A stretch of DNA of 63,504 nt, counting the filler, from Craspedostauros australis (lineage: Eukaryota), in the NCBI GenBank assembly GCA_030167865.1. It is 15 parts of 15 records of this genome, joined end to end, with 100 filler letters (N's around TTAATTAATTAA, not from the genome) between each part and the next. Parts side by side here need not be neighbours in the genome. Positions count along the whole stretch, not along the records: positions 1 to 27,637 come from JALAGF010003200.1; 14 more parts are not named here. The stretch is one strand, 5' to 3'. Shown here piece by piece: positions 11,827-24,400 of the stretch (its first letter is position 1; every line of letters begins with the position of its first letter). The notes beneath the pieces are model-generated. The model had not been told where the DNA came from. It ran no database searches and saw only the letters and a list, made by a program, of their open reading frames with translations. The translations under genes and the position numbers were made by a program.

Positions 11827-13356
11827 TTACAGCGGGTTGCCGTCAGCGCCAATCAGTCCAGTGTCGCCGCCGTCCCTCTTGAGCTGTTGTCCGTCAGCGC
11901 CCAGCAGTGTTGGGCCACCGCCAATTCCTGCCGACATGACTTCGACGAGCGTTATCTTGAAGAAGAGAGTAGATCCGCCTGGAATGCGTCCATCGGGTGT
12001 TCCTTCCTCGCCGTAGGCCTGCTCCGGTGGCACTCCCAGCATGGCGGTCTCGCCTTGGTGCATGGCGAGCACACCATCTCTCCATCCTGGGATGACTTGA
12101 GCAAGTGGGAACTTCACTGGATCACCGGCCAGTGTGGAATCGAAGACAGTGCCATCGGCGAGAGTTCCATGATAGTGAATGAGCACGGTGCTGGCCTGGG
12201 TTGGTCGCACGCCGGCTCCTGGGCCCTCGGGACCGTTGTCCAGAACATGCAGCACAACGCCGGTGTTCAACACCTGGACGCCCTCCGTCTCTGCCATGTT
12301 CTTCAACATTTCACGGCCATTCTGCTCCAGTCGGTTGCGGATTGTCTCACTATTGCACGGTATGATACGTACGTTCGTTTTGTCGATGGTGGTGTTGGCG
12401 TTGGCATTGGTTCGGTGCACGAAAGAAGAAATCGTAAGTATGCGGTGAAGAGAAGAAAGCGAGTCGGTCAGTGAATAAGAAATCGTTCACACAAGCATCG
12501 ATGGGAATGCTGGGACACTACTCGACGAGTGCAAAAGCAACAGTTGCAGCAGCAAGAAGGGCGCCAAACTTACGCTCTGCCAACGATCATATCATTCAGC
12601 TCCTTGCCTCGTCTGGAAAGCAATTCGGTCTGCCCTTCCTCGTTCAACCTTCCGACGACAGTATCGAGCAATCCTTTGGCGAGCTGCGCAAGCTCTTCGC
12701 CGTTCTCAACGAGCGGCCGAACATCGCCTGTTGTTCACAGACGGATGTTGGTTTCAGTGGAGGATGATACAGATTGAGGTTGGGATGGAACGCACATAAC
12801 AGTGCCGCATGCAACCAGTTGAAACGTATGTAAGGGCAAGCAAAGTGCAGCATTTCACAGTTTCGTTTTGAGAAGCGGGACGTTGCGTTGTGTTGTGGGA
12901 GCGGAGCAGGGCAGAGGATGTGAGAAACCTGGCGCGCTATGTTTCCTTGTGTTTGGCCCGTACATGGTACCTTTATACAACAAATCTAACAGCACATGGC
13001 AGACATAGAACCATCCATGAAGAAGGCCAAGGAAGGCACAACAGAGTGAGTGCGGCCTGCAGTCGCCGTTTGTCCTGTATGTGCCGTCATTGCCGTTCCT
13101 GCTTACCAAGATTTCTGGCGAGGTTGACTCCCAACGCGTACATCAATTCCTCATGGGAATCCTTCTCCACTCGGACGAATTGGGTATCATCGGGGACGCT
13201 GCCATCTCCTTCGGCATGCACCGCGGTTGGGGCACGACCAGGGGTGGAGAAACGTGCGGTGGACAGTGAAGGTGAGAACGCAAATCCAGAGACGGAGGTG
13301 TGCTGCTGAGCGCCCTGAAGAAGGAAGGCCACGAGGCAGGAAAGGTTGATGTTCAT
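11827..13356 (-). CDS. FKBP-type peptidyl-prolyl isomerase (FkpA/Mip-like), probably plastid-targeted; 3 exons
   Basis: Exons 13356-13107, 12727-12574 and 12349-11827 splice in frame with GTAAG/AG sites; YALGVNLA, HYHGTLADGTVFDS, VIPGW, IPGGSTLFFKITL; signal peptide followed by SGFAF. Confidence 0.9.
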
Positions 13357-14209
13357 GGTGGTAGATGTGTGATGAGTTGTTCTTCCAAAGAGAGAGAGAG
13401 AGAGAGAGAGGAAGTGTCGTTGGCTGTTGCTGTTGCTATTGCTATTGCTGTTGTCGCCGTTGGTGATGGCGATGGTGACGGCGGGACGCTTGTTATCTCT
13501 TGTCGTCAGGCAGGAAATGGGATCGTTGGTCGGAACTGTTGGATCCTTGATGGCACTTTTGGAACGGAGATCGATCAGGCGGCGAGGGTCTCTGATGGGT
13601 CAAGAACGCGGAATCCTGTTCCGCCTCCGTCTGTCCAAGAACGGACTTGAAAATGAAACACAACAGCCAACAGAAATCGCGTGTGTCACCCAGCCCCGCC
13701 ATAATTATTGAAGCCAAGATCCGTGTCACTCCGTTGATGTGCTCGCTGCAAACGTGATGTGACGTCAGTACTGCTCAGTGGCTGGCGATAAAGCGTGTAA
13801 ACCCGAACCTCAAACAAAGGGAACCGCCTGGTTCGGGCGTTGTCCAGACGTAATTTATGGATTTTAGGATGCTCCAATATCCATGAACCAAAACTAGCCA
13901 TCCATCACCAACCATCAACCACAAACAAACAACGAACAAAAACATCGAGAGCCAGAAAGAACACAGAGAACAGAACCTCCCAGGGGTGAACTTGTGCGGA
14001 CACGATGGTGTGGTGTTGGCAGACCTGCAAGTGTTCTCTGTTCTTGATGTGGACCAGCATCCACTTCCCACTATCTTCCGGAGAAACTTACAAGTATAGT
14101 CGTAGTGCATTCGCAGGAGACACCTCAACAGACCAGCAGTTGGTGCAATAAGTGTCCAAACAAAGCACGGTGCTCTATCATACTCTGTCATATAATAGAA
14201 GATTTGACG

Positions 14210-15814
14210 ATGAGACTTACGTCCATGAGCTCCAGCTCACGAGGAGCTTTGCATTGCCAGCCAGCGCTACGGACGTTGGCGATTGCGGCTGTGTCTATTG
14301 CTATCTTGTGCACAGACCATCAACACGTTTGCTCAGCATTCATCCCCTTATCAATCAGTCATGCTGGCCCTCCCAACAGCGCTTCTACCATCGCCGCCGA
14401 CAGAATAGGCTCCATCGCACGAGCATGCGCTCCGCTGAGCATGGCGAGGCGCTCCGCAAACACCAAGACGAACGGCAAGAAGAAGAAGAAGAATGGTGGC
14501 AAGAACTTCGCAAAGAAGAAAGGCGATACCATGAGCAAAGGAAAGGGAAAAGACGCACAAGGTCGTGACCCCCTGTCAGATCAGCAGCAGCAATGGCAGG
14601 AGGAGCAAAAACGCTTGCGACAACAACAGCCAAAGAAGAAAGCTGTTGCGCCGCCGTGGCAGGTCGTCAGCCAGAAAGATATGAAGAAGCAGGTGAAGGC
14701 CGAAAAGGAGCGCCGCCAGATGGCTCAGGAAGGTCAGCATCAGTCGCCGATGGAAGCGCAGCAGGCGCAAGCCGAATTTACCTTGTCCAGCTCCTTCTTG
14801 GACCCTGCCGACAAGGCGCTGTTGGCTTGGAAACGGTACTCACCGTCCCAGAAGCAGCACGACACGGTCGACTTCGTCGGCGCCTACCTCGACAGGCGGC
14901 TGCCAGATCGATTGGGCGTACCCGAAATCGCGTTCCTGGGCCGTTCCAACGTCGGCAAATCTTCTCTCCTCAACAAGCTCGTCAGCTCCGATGCCGCGCG
15001 GGTGGGCAAGACGCCGGGCGCCACGGCGGCCGTCAACCTCTACTGCATCAAACGCAAGCAGAAGCCGGTCCTGGGCTTGGCGGATCTCCCTGGATTCGGT
15101 TACGCAAAATTGAGTAAAGAGACGAAGGAGGCCGTGCAGGAAGCGGCCGAAAATTACCTGGGTCGGCGCAAGGAACTCGCGTTGGGCATTCTGCTGGTCG
15201 ACATCCGCCGCGAACCCAGCGAGGATGACCGGGCGGTCTTGGCGGCATTATTCGACATGGGCGTTCCCATCGTCGTCGTGGCGACCAAGACCGACAAGCT
15301 GTCGGCCACGCAACTCACTTCGGCGTTGGTTACGATCCGCGATGGATTGGGATTGCCAGAAGGCCAGCCATTCTCCGTCAGCAGCGTGACGGGGCGCGGT
15401 GTGAAGGAGCTGTGGAAGATCATCATGGAGGCATGCGAAGAGAGAGTTATGGAATATCGCAAGGAGAAGCTCAAGGATGCATCAGACCCCTGGTACAGTG
15501 ACGACGGATTTGATGCCGAGAATGAGGAAGAAGTCGGTTACGACATGGGATACGATTGGGTCCATGATTCCCAATCGGTCATGTACGAAGGCGACTCCAC
15601 CGATCACGCAACGCAGAGTGGCGGTCAGTATCACGATGGTGAAAACGCGGAGTACTACGATGAAGGCTACGACGGTGATGACGGTTACTACGACGATGAA
15701 GATCTTGATGGAGACGAGTATTACGACGATGCCTCCAACATGGAATCGAAGCCCATGACTATCCAATCGCTTCGGAAGAAGGCGAAGGAAATGGAAAAGC
15801 AAGGAAAGGTGTAG
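14210..15814 (+). CDS. engB: EngB/YihA/YsxC ribosome-biogenesis GTPase, probably plastid-targeted
   Basis: PEIAFLGRSNVGKSSLLN, KTPGAT, DLPGFGYAK, TKTDK, SSVTGRG; CSAFIP targeting motif; acidic Tyr-rich tail. Confidence 0.92.
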   Translation: MRLTSMSSSSRGALHCQPALRTLAIAAVSIAILCTDHQHVCSAFIPLSISHAGPPNSASTIAADRIGSIARACAPLSMARRSANTKTNGKKKKKNGGKNFAKKKGDTMSKGKGKDAQGRDPLSDQQQQWQEEQKRLRQQQPKKKAVAPPWQVVSQKDMKKQVKAEKERRQMAQEGQHQSPMEAQQAQAEFTLSSSFLDPADKALLAWKRYSPSQKQHDTVDFVGAYLDRRLPDRLGVPEIAFLGRSNVGKSSLLNKLVSSDAARVGKTPGATAAVNLYCIKRKQKPVLGLADLPGFGYAKLSKETKEAVQEAAENYLGRRKELALGILLVDIRREPSEDDRAVLAALFDMGVPIVVVATKTDKLSATQLTSALVTIRDGLGLPEGQPFSVSSVTGRGVKELWKIIMEACEERVMEYRKEKLKDASDPWYSDDGFDAENEEEVGYDMGYDWVHDSQSVMYEGDSTDHATQSGGQYHDGENAEYYDEGYDGDDGYYDDEDLDGDEYYDDASNMESKPMTIQSLRKKAKEMEKQGKV

Positions 15815-15988
15815 AGCACACGAAACTACAGAGCGTCTTCTTGAACGCAGATCAGTTGCCACGCGCGAACATTTTCAAATGTCCGTACTCTGCAAACTAG
15901 TCTTCTTGCGCAAGCACTTGTCCCGTAGACACCGGCGTGTACTTATTCGATCGCTGTTTCGTTTCCGAACTACGAGGAGATGATCACG

Positions 15989-18152
15989 TCAGGGTTCTTT
16001 CGGTGGCAACGACTCCACAACACTCTCCATGAAGAGCTCGCTCGTCGTATTCGTATTCGCACTTGCACTCGCAGATGGGTCATTCTTCCTGGTAGTCTCC
16101 TGATGCGTGGCGGCTCCATCTCCATCGTCACCTTCCTCTCCAGCCACGGTTTCCTCGCTTCCCTCCTTAGGTACCTGGCTCGGCGGCACGTCTGCTTCGT
16201 GGAATCCCTCCCAGGGAACAAGCAGCTCCATGAAGTCGTGCGCCACGGCCGTTTTAACGCCATCTTCGGCCACTTCTTCCGCAACCTTGCGCAAATCCAC
16301 GACCTGCCCTGATGAATCAGCCTTGCTGCTCACATGGGTGAGGACGAGAACCTGAGCATTGACTTCTGCTGCTACTTCACCCGCCATACTTGCCGTGGAA
16401 TGGCCCCTCTGCGACGTCAGGTGTGTCATGCATGTCAGCGTATCGAAGCGATGATGCGGCATCATGTAAACATGTGTGTGAGATCCCGAAATTGACATCC
16501 TGCATACGGTATGGCCGTTCGCTGGGGCTGCGGCTCGTCATGCTACTGCGCATTCGATCATGGATCTGCGCGAATCTACCACACTAGTATCACAATCAGC
16601 TATGGAATAATGCCTACGTTTCAAACCAGCACGGGCGTAACGATCGTTTCGGAATACCCTGTGATATCGCGTCATTTGAGTCCGTACGGTACGCATCCGT
16701 ATCAGCTCATAGAGCATCATTTCATTTTGAGCAATAGCGTTCGCCCCGAAGATACATTTGAGACAGCCAAACGCCCACCAGAATAGTAAAACTTACCTCG
16801 ACAAGATCTTTGTCCTCCTCCAACAAGGTGGCCTCGTGCACCAACACGTCGCTGTTCTGTGCCAACGTCTTCATTGCATCCGTCCATTTGGCATTATCTC
16901 CCACGACAGTAATCTTCCGGCTATACTTCGTCTGTGGCAGCAAAACTTGATCGGGCATGACTTCGACTTCACCATCATCAGTGTACACCGAATACCCGTG
17001 CTTGAGGAGCTCGTACTTCTTTCCTGCGGGTGACACCCCCAATGCCTTGGCCTTGGCGGGGTCGATGTTGCGTGCTGGTTCTTCCTCCTGGACCGTAAAA
17101 CCGAACGTCGTCACGTGGGGCACATGGTACATCTCCGCAGCCTGGATGCGGGTGCGTTTCTTGTTTTCCATCAAGGAGCGTTTGCTGGCGTCCAGGAGAT
17201 CGGAGCGCTTGATGGGTTCGTAGTCTTCAATCGTCCAAACACCGTCCACGGGTTTGATGAATTTGCGATGGATATTCCTGTGGCTGAATTCTCTGTAGTT
17301 GGTGTGGAATGGGCTTCGGTGATTGTGTCTCCGCCGCGGCCCCATTTGGCTGCCGATGAGCTCATAGACTTCGATTGTCAGGCGGTTCGGTCTCGAACAG
17401 GAGAGCATGAGATTCGCCACGATAAAGTTGTACAGCCCCACAGGCCCGTATATTTTGACAACGTGATCCTGGGCTGTTTTGCTTTCGTCTCCCGAGGTTT
17501 GGAGACCAAGGAGGAAGCCTGGGAGGCCAAAGATGTGATCACCGTGCATGTGGGTGATGAATATTTGATGTATCTGGCTGGTGCGCGACCGAGTGAACGT
17601 GCACTGACGCTGCACGCCCTCTCCGACGTCAAATAGCAAGGCTCTGCCGCCTAGCCTCAGCAAGGTGGCGGATGGTGCTCTCTTCCGAGTTGGAATGCCC
17701 GCGCTGGTGCCGAGGAAGCAAATGCTCATGCCCGTGTCTGTGGCAATGCCCGCTCCTGTTTCGGCATTTCTGCCGGACAGAGAACAACGGATGTGCTGAT
17801 TCAGGTCTGGATGGATGGATTCGGGATCATTCGCTTTGTAAATGCTTGCGGCTACGCCTGGGTCGTTGTCCGAGTCATCGCCATCGGCCTCACTGGCTGC
17901 GTCGTCTTCTGTGGCAGTAGCGGCTGTGGACATGAATTGCGGACGTTGCGTGTGGGTGGGTTGTGTGCTGAAATGATGAGAATTGCTGCCACGATGTCCA
18001 GCGGCGGAGTTCAGGCCACTTCCAATGTACCTCCTTGGCTGCAAGCCTGCACCAACATGTGGGGGCACATTTGCCACAGAGAGAGATGGCAGAACGAGTC
18101 GCTGCAATTGGCGCCATCCTGCGATCTTTGCTCCCGATTTTGACGCGATCAT
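15989..18152 (-). CDS. rnz: Ribonuclease Z, short form (metallo-beta-lactamase), organelle-targeted; 2 exons
   Basis: Exons 18152-16797 and 16408-15989; FLGTSAGIPT, LFDVGEG, THMHGDH, VLVHEAT, GHST, LVLTHVS; start codon uncertain. Confidence 0.9.
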
Positions 18153-18713
18153 TGTTGTTGTTGGCCACGATTCGTCGCAACAAATACAATGTGATGGGAA
18201 ACGATCCACTGCCTCTTGGAATGCTCCGCTCGATGGTAGTTTGATGTGATGTGCGTACGACTACGATGCACGTGGATTGTCGTGCGCCTTGCCCCTGGAA
18301 CCGATGTCCTCTTGTAGCCTGCGAGTGTGAGGCTCGACGATCTTGACTTGGCAGAGCGTTCGCAGCACCCAAACAAACCATTGGACCCAAACACACACCG
18401 TTGTTGTTTTGATGTCATGTTCGTGAATCAGCCTTCGTTCGTGATCACATCCAATTTTCAGTCATGCATGAAACCAACAAAACAGATCACGCAAGCACAG
18501 GGAGGAAAACTAGATTCCAATTGTTGGTTAGGGGGTGGCCGAGTAATTAGGATACATACCATCATGCCAAAGCGTAAGACGGTACTCTCCGAGTGTATTG
18601 TGCATGTATAGATGCATGTATAGATTCAGGTGCTCATGTTGTCGCAATTCATGTTGATGGGCTGCGTTTTGGAGAGGAAGTTGGTACAGAAATATGCATC
18701 CAGGTTTAAGCTC

Positions 18714-20772
18714 TCAGCAACCTGCAAGAGAATTTGGAGTCGAATCAGAGGGGTGACGTCGCGAATTAGCAAAACGGAAAGAGTGTTGTGAGATTGGATG
18801 ATGGGGAGTCGCAGTACTCGTAGTAGTGTGAGGGAATTCACACACACGGGTACAACCAGGCACAGACGTTGCTTGGTGCTGGGTGTCGGAATGCACGGCG
18901 AATAGTAATCCACGGGAACCGATCCAGACGTCGTTTTAACCGCCATCGCGGTGGAAGTGGTGGTTCTTACCTTGTCCTCCGTTTGCCACAGCTCTGTAGT
19001 ATCGACTGTCGCAGTATGTTGGGCGGCCAAAGCTCTGTTCTTTGACGACGTCAGTTAAGCTGTCATCGTACTGCAAGCGCTCGAGGATAGCTGGGTCGTA
19101 CTGGTTGAAGATTGGCTTCATCGAGGTGGCCGCGTTCAATGCGACGCAGGATCCAACCCACAAGGCTGCCGCTGACAGGGTGATCACTTTCAGCCTGTCC
19201 TCCACAGGCTTCACCTTACTTTGGTAGAGGAATTTGTCTCGCTTGTACTCCGACTCGGTCTTTGGTTCTGTGGTGCCGTCGTACCATCCGGTCTCTTCGT
19301 ACTCGATTTCCTTGGCTCTCAACCGCGAGCCGACGTACCCCCAGCCGGAATACAGACGAATGAGGACGACAAGCACAAGACCAAACGATCCAACGTTGCT
19401 TGCGGCGATTTTCTGCAACATGTACCCATCCTGCGTGAAGGTTGCCCCAGCAATTGGGTACCCACTGTAATTGCGTATCGCAAATTCCGATGACGGTGGC
19501 GGTGATGGTGACGATGTCATCGTCGTTGTGAAAAATGTATGAATGAAGATGAGTCGATGTCGTCGCATGTGATGGGCACGTGCCACGGTACGAGCATGTT
19601 GAAAAGTAGAATAGATGAAGATCAACCAATTTCACGCCCCACCATGTCGCGGTACGTCGCATCAAATCGAGTGGAATGTGCGCATGATAAGTGCAGCAGC
19701 AAATTACGCCCGGTTTTTCATTTCAAGTAGATGTCGCAAACACAGGAGGTGAGTTTCTGTCGAAGCGGGTGTACGTATGGTACAGCTACACGCAGAGTAC
19801 ATTTGGCATCGAAGACAAAGAATGAAAGGCTCCAGTCACACAATGAGAGCTACATACATGTGCACGCCAATCAGCGATGGTAGAATGAAGCAGTATGTGA
19901 GTATGGCACGGCATGATGCTGGTACTTACACGAGGCCAAAAACGACCGCATACAAGATCCCCAATCGGAGCAAGAGCTATTCGTGAAAGTGTATCACAGC
20001 ATGAAAGAACGAGAACGGATGTACTTGTACAACGTAGACATGATAGATGGAACAAGAGAATCGTTGTGAGCATATCATGGTATGTATGGTACAGGTGTTT
20101 GAATCTTCTTGACACACACTTGGCTTGTTCGGTTTTGCCACGTTGGTTGGTTCGTGCTTGCACATTCGACTCCATCTGATTCTTCTCATGTGTTCTGTTT
20201 CGGTAAGGCGCAAAAGCGCAACGTTGAACCACATTGATTCGCATCGCGCAATCGTACAAGTATGGTGAACTGCGCTGTCTCCATCCCGCGATGGGACTCC
20301 GCAGCAGTATGGAACAGACGGTTTGCTGTCACCACTGTTATTGAGGCACTCGTCGAAGATCCAAGTGTTGGAACGATTACGACGCTCCATACTGCAGACT
20401 TCATCGAATCTGGCTCCTTGGATACATGCCAGGCAGTTCGATGTGCAGTCATCGATGATGCATAGTGCGCGCGTGCGGTTCGATACTCACCCCGTTGGTT
20501 CCCGTATCTTGAGATGCCCACCCAAACAAGGGTGCTTGGATCATGTTGAGGTACTCATTGACAGGTCGTTGACCCTCCGGCACGACCTCGGCACCGAAGG
20601 CTGTTTCTGGTGACAGCTCGTCATTGTTGGCCTTCAGAGCAGTGCTTGTTGGCACCGTTTGCCCGACGATCGCGAATCCGTGAGACGGAGCGCTCTGGAA
20701 GGCAGCGGCAGTGCCCACATTTGACAGAAGCAGGACGAGGGCCGCGGAGGCTGCGAATGCGGCTGTTTTCAT
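18714..20772 (-). CDS. CGLD27: CGLD27 / Ycf36 (DUF1230) plastid membrane protein; 4 exons
   Basis: Exons 20772-20491, 19977-19930, 19464-18971 and 18721-18714 splice in frame; VPEGQRPVNEY, RLYSGWGYVGSRL, YEETGWYDG; signal peptide plus AAAF. Confidence 0.88.
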
Positions 20773-21407
20773 TTTTTGATTGCGTGGTCTGGAAAAAGGA
20801 CTCCGCTGTGATCAAATCGGTCTTGCGCCAATTGTTGCTTCCCCGGGATCACTTCTCGATGATGATCGCAAGTCAACCTGTTGCTCTCAAATGGTTTCAC
20901 TGCGGCCAGTGTCTCTTTGTTGCCTCTCTGTGTTTGCCTTTGGGTCTTCCAGCATGCGCGACTTTGAGCTTGTGAGTCTGTGTTGGTCTCGTTGCTGTCT
21001 CCTCCTTCTCTTTCGCAGAATCCCTTCGGGGAGTTGCGTGGCAAGCAATGTGTTGATGTGCGTTGTGAGAGATGACGTTTTGTGTGTGCCAAACATGTTG
21101 AACACGCGCGCAATACCGAACCATTCGACTGCAACGTCGCCATCTGCTCGAAGACGTTTTGTTGTTGGTGTCGTCAGCAGCAACTACATACAGGTAGACT
21201 AGAGAATTGCGTAGACTAGACAAGAGATATATGCTCTCTCCCGATCATCACAGTACCATACAGAATGGACTGCAGCACTGGTCTGTTCAAACTACCTACA
21301 ATACATGTCCTGTGAAAAGAGGGCTCTATGTATCACTACAGAGCGCTCTACTATGTCTGGTTTAGTCCCCTCTCCCCGTTGGCCACCTGCATCCTCCAGC
21401 AAGCGAA

Positions 21408-24400
21408 TCACTCTGGGACGTCCGCAGGGAGCAAGACGGAAATTTCCGATGGCGGCCCCCATATCTCATCGCGCTGTGCCATGAGCTCCACGACCTTGGC
21501 GTGCGCGCCCCAATCTTCGTGCAGCCGAATGGCTTCGTCGAATTTGAACTTGGCACGGTCCTTGTCACCCTGCCGAATCCAAATGTTCCCCATCCGCTCG
21601 TTGGCCAACGCCTGGTCATGGATGCGCCCGGACCGTCCCGCAATCCAGATGGCTTGCTCATAGTGCTTCATCACCTTGTGATGTCGCGAGGCTGAAATGA
21701 CACCAAGCTTCGACTTCGCCAACCGCTTCTCGGCTTCCAGCATGGCGAGTTGGTGGGGCAGGTTCGGATTGCCCCCGCGCGTCCACGCTCGAATCATTTT
21801 GTGCGCGCGGGTGGCGAGACGGCGGTACTTGTTCAGCACGCCCGATGAACGCCTGCGTCTCGAGATGGAGATGTAGCATGCGTACGCACAGTAGAACGTC
21901 ATCTGAATGCACCCGGGTTGTCCTGCCAAGTGCTTGTTGCATAGATCGAAGTAGGCAAGCGCCAGATCGGCTGCCACTTCATATTCCCCTAAGAAAACTG
22001 ACGCGAAGACCTTAAACATCTGTGTCGATGCGATCATGAAGGTGTTGTTTGTTTCATCGTACTTCTGCATGGCTGTGTATTCGTTGAATGCGTCGCCAGC
22101 CAGCACGGTACGTCTGCTTGATTCCCCCTGAAGGTTCAGAACCATTTGCCACAACATCGACAAGGTATCATGAAGGCGATCCTGTTTGAAGTCTTTCGCA
22201 GTCTTCGTGTAGGTGGAAAGGTCGGCTTCAAGTGTATCTAGATTGCTTCCGCAGTACAGTGACATGGCCAGGTAGTAGTATATGCATATCAGAGCTGAGT
22301 AAGTTTCCCCCGCCGACATGCCGGCTATGTACCCTGATGGGAATGGCTGTCTGCACCATTCCAGTGGCTGTGACGTATGCAGGATGAGCGGGTACGCGGC
22401 TGTGTACACGCGAGAAAGGATGGCGCCATCATGCGCTTCGTGGGCCATGCCAATGGAATGCTTTGCATAAACCGTCGCTGCATCCCATTTTCCCAGAACG
22501 CATCCAAGCAGGAAGCCAATTCCGGCGTACACCGGAGGCGAATACGGTGTCGTGCCATGCTTGAACATCCGCTTCATGGCGCAGATGAGGATTACGGGAA
22601 TGAGTGAAGGGTCAGTGACGTATGCGTAGCTGCAAACAGTATCCAAGGTCTTGGCGATGGTGTGCTCATTTGGATCATTGGTGTCGCTGAGAAGAGCCAC
22701 CTTGTCAGGCGCCCACTTTTCGACACATGATTTTAGCTTCATCACTGCGCGAGCAGCTGCAAAAGCCTTTCCGAGTTGTGATGTAGGAAGGCGGTAGCCA
22801 AGGAGACTCAACACCTCCAGGCCAACGCCCGTTGAGCCACGTGATGCCACGTGAGTGGTGTTTCCACTTGTGGCTGCATTTATCAGGACGTGGTACGCTC
22901 TCATCTTGTCCCAGATTGGTTTGTCGAGGTCGATCACGGTGTAAGCATGAAAGAACATTTGATCGTGGTCAGAGCACGCGAATGCTGCTTCTGCTGTTGA
23001 TGTGAAGAGATCCAGGCTCATCGAGTAATGCGTTCGCCAATGATCGGCAGGCAAGAGCTCTATTGCAGTTTGGAAATGCGTTAGCGCTGCCCGGAATGCG
23101 GCGCGTTTAATCGCCGTGTGGCCAGCTGTCCGGTTTAGTTCAGCAGTGCGAAAGCGCATATGATTACATTCTTCGGAAGGGACTGATGCGTCCAATGTGT
23201 TGCGCTTCTCTTGACTTGGCGCCTTCAGGGTTGTGGCGGACCTCGACGTGCCCACACTTGCTGCCATGCTTGCGTTTGCACATGATGACACCTCGCTTCC
23301 CATGCTTCCGTACGGCTCGAGCAAGCCAAGGCGTCTGTTGATGAGGTTCACAACAACGAATGCGTGTTGATCAAGCTCGTCCGCAGGCAGGCTTTCCATC
23401 AAGATGCTGCCAATGTGAAATTGCAGGTTGGGGAGCATGTCACCATTGATCAATGCAAGGGCAGCTTCTTGCACCTTGTCGTGGATGAATGCGAAGTCTT
23501 GAGGCAAAGAATCCGATGACCGCCGCGACGAGCCGTTGTCCATCTGGGCAGCGCCATGATCTAGATCAGGGTCATCGTTGTCGTCGTGAAGAAGCTCGAT
23601 CAACCCTTCTTGCTTGTAGACCGACAGGATGTCCGACCATTCGTCCTCAGTGATCGGAGGGGGGAAGCCGAATATCTCCTCGTAGATTGCGCGGCTCTTC
23701 TTATCCTTGACGAATCCAAGCATCGTCAGGCGGAGGAGTGGCCATGAAAACGTCGATCCCAAGCACGCTGCCAACGGCAGCAAGTACTTTGAGCTGTGGA
23801 TCCTTTGCATCTTGAGCTCCATGAGCTGGACCACGTTGTTCGTGGCAGGGCTGTCCCTCCTGATCCTGCCATTGTCCCACTCCCACTGCATGCGGCCAAT
23901 ATTGTACGTGAGGAGATCTTCCTTGACGAGCAGTTGGATGAACTGCTGAACGAAGAATGCATTCCCACCGGTCCTCCTGTGAATGATGTCTGCGAGTTCT
24001 CTGCAGGCCTGAGTTCTGTCACCGTCGCTCGTGTGCGAATCGTGACCATCGTCATAGCATCCCAGTAGCCGGGTGAGCATGGTGTAGACGTTGTCCATCG
24101 TAAGATCGTTGACAGTGACTTTCACGTTATGAATGCACCGCTCCCTCTTCGAATGTTCGATGGACCGGAGGAGCTGATGCACGATGTCGGCATCGCTCTC
24201 TTCGACCAAGTTGGATCGGTACGAAGCGATAACCATGAACGACGAAATAGATGTGTCCAGGAGCCATGACTCGACAGTGCTCAAAGAGGCCTTGTCAGCC
24301 CATTGGATATCGTCGAGAACAAGGACCAGCGGGCAGTATCCGGTTATGATCTGCATGAAGCGCAGGAAGGCGAATTTGAGCTGGTTGGACTGTTCCCTGT

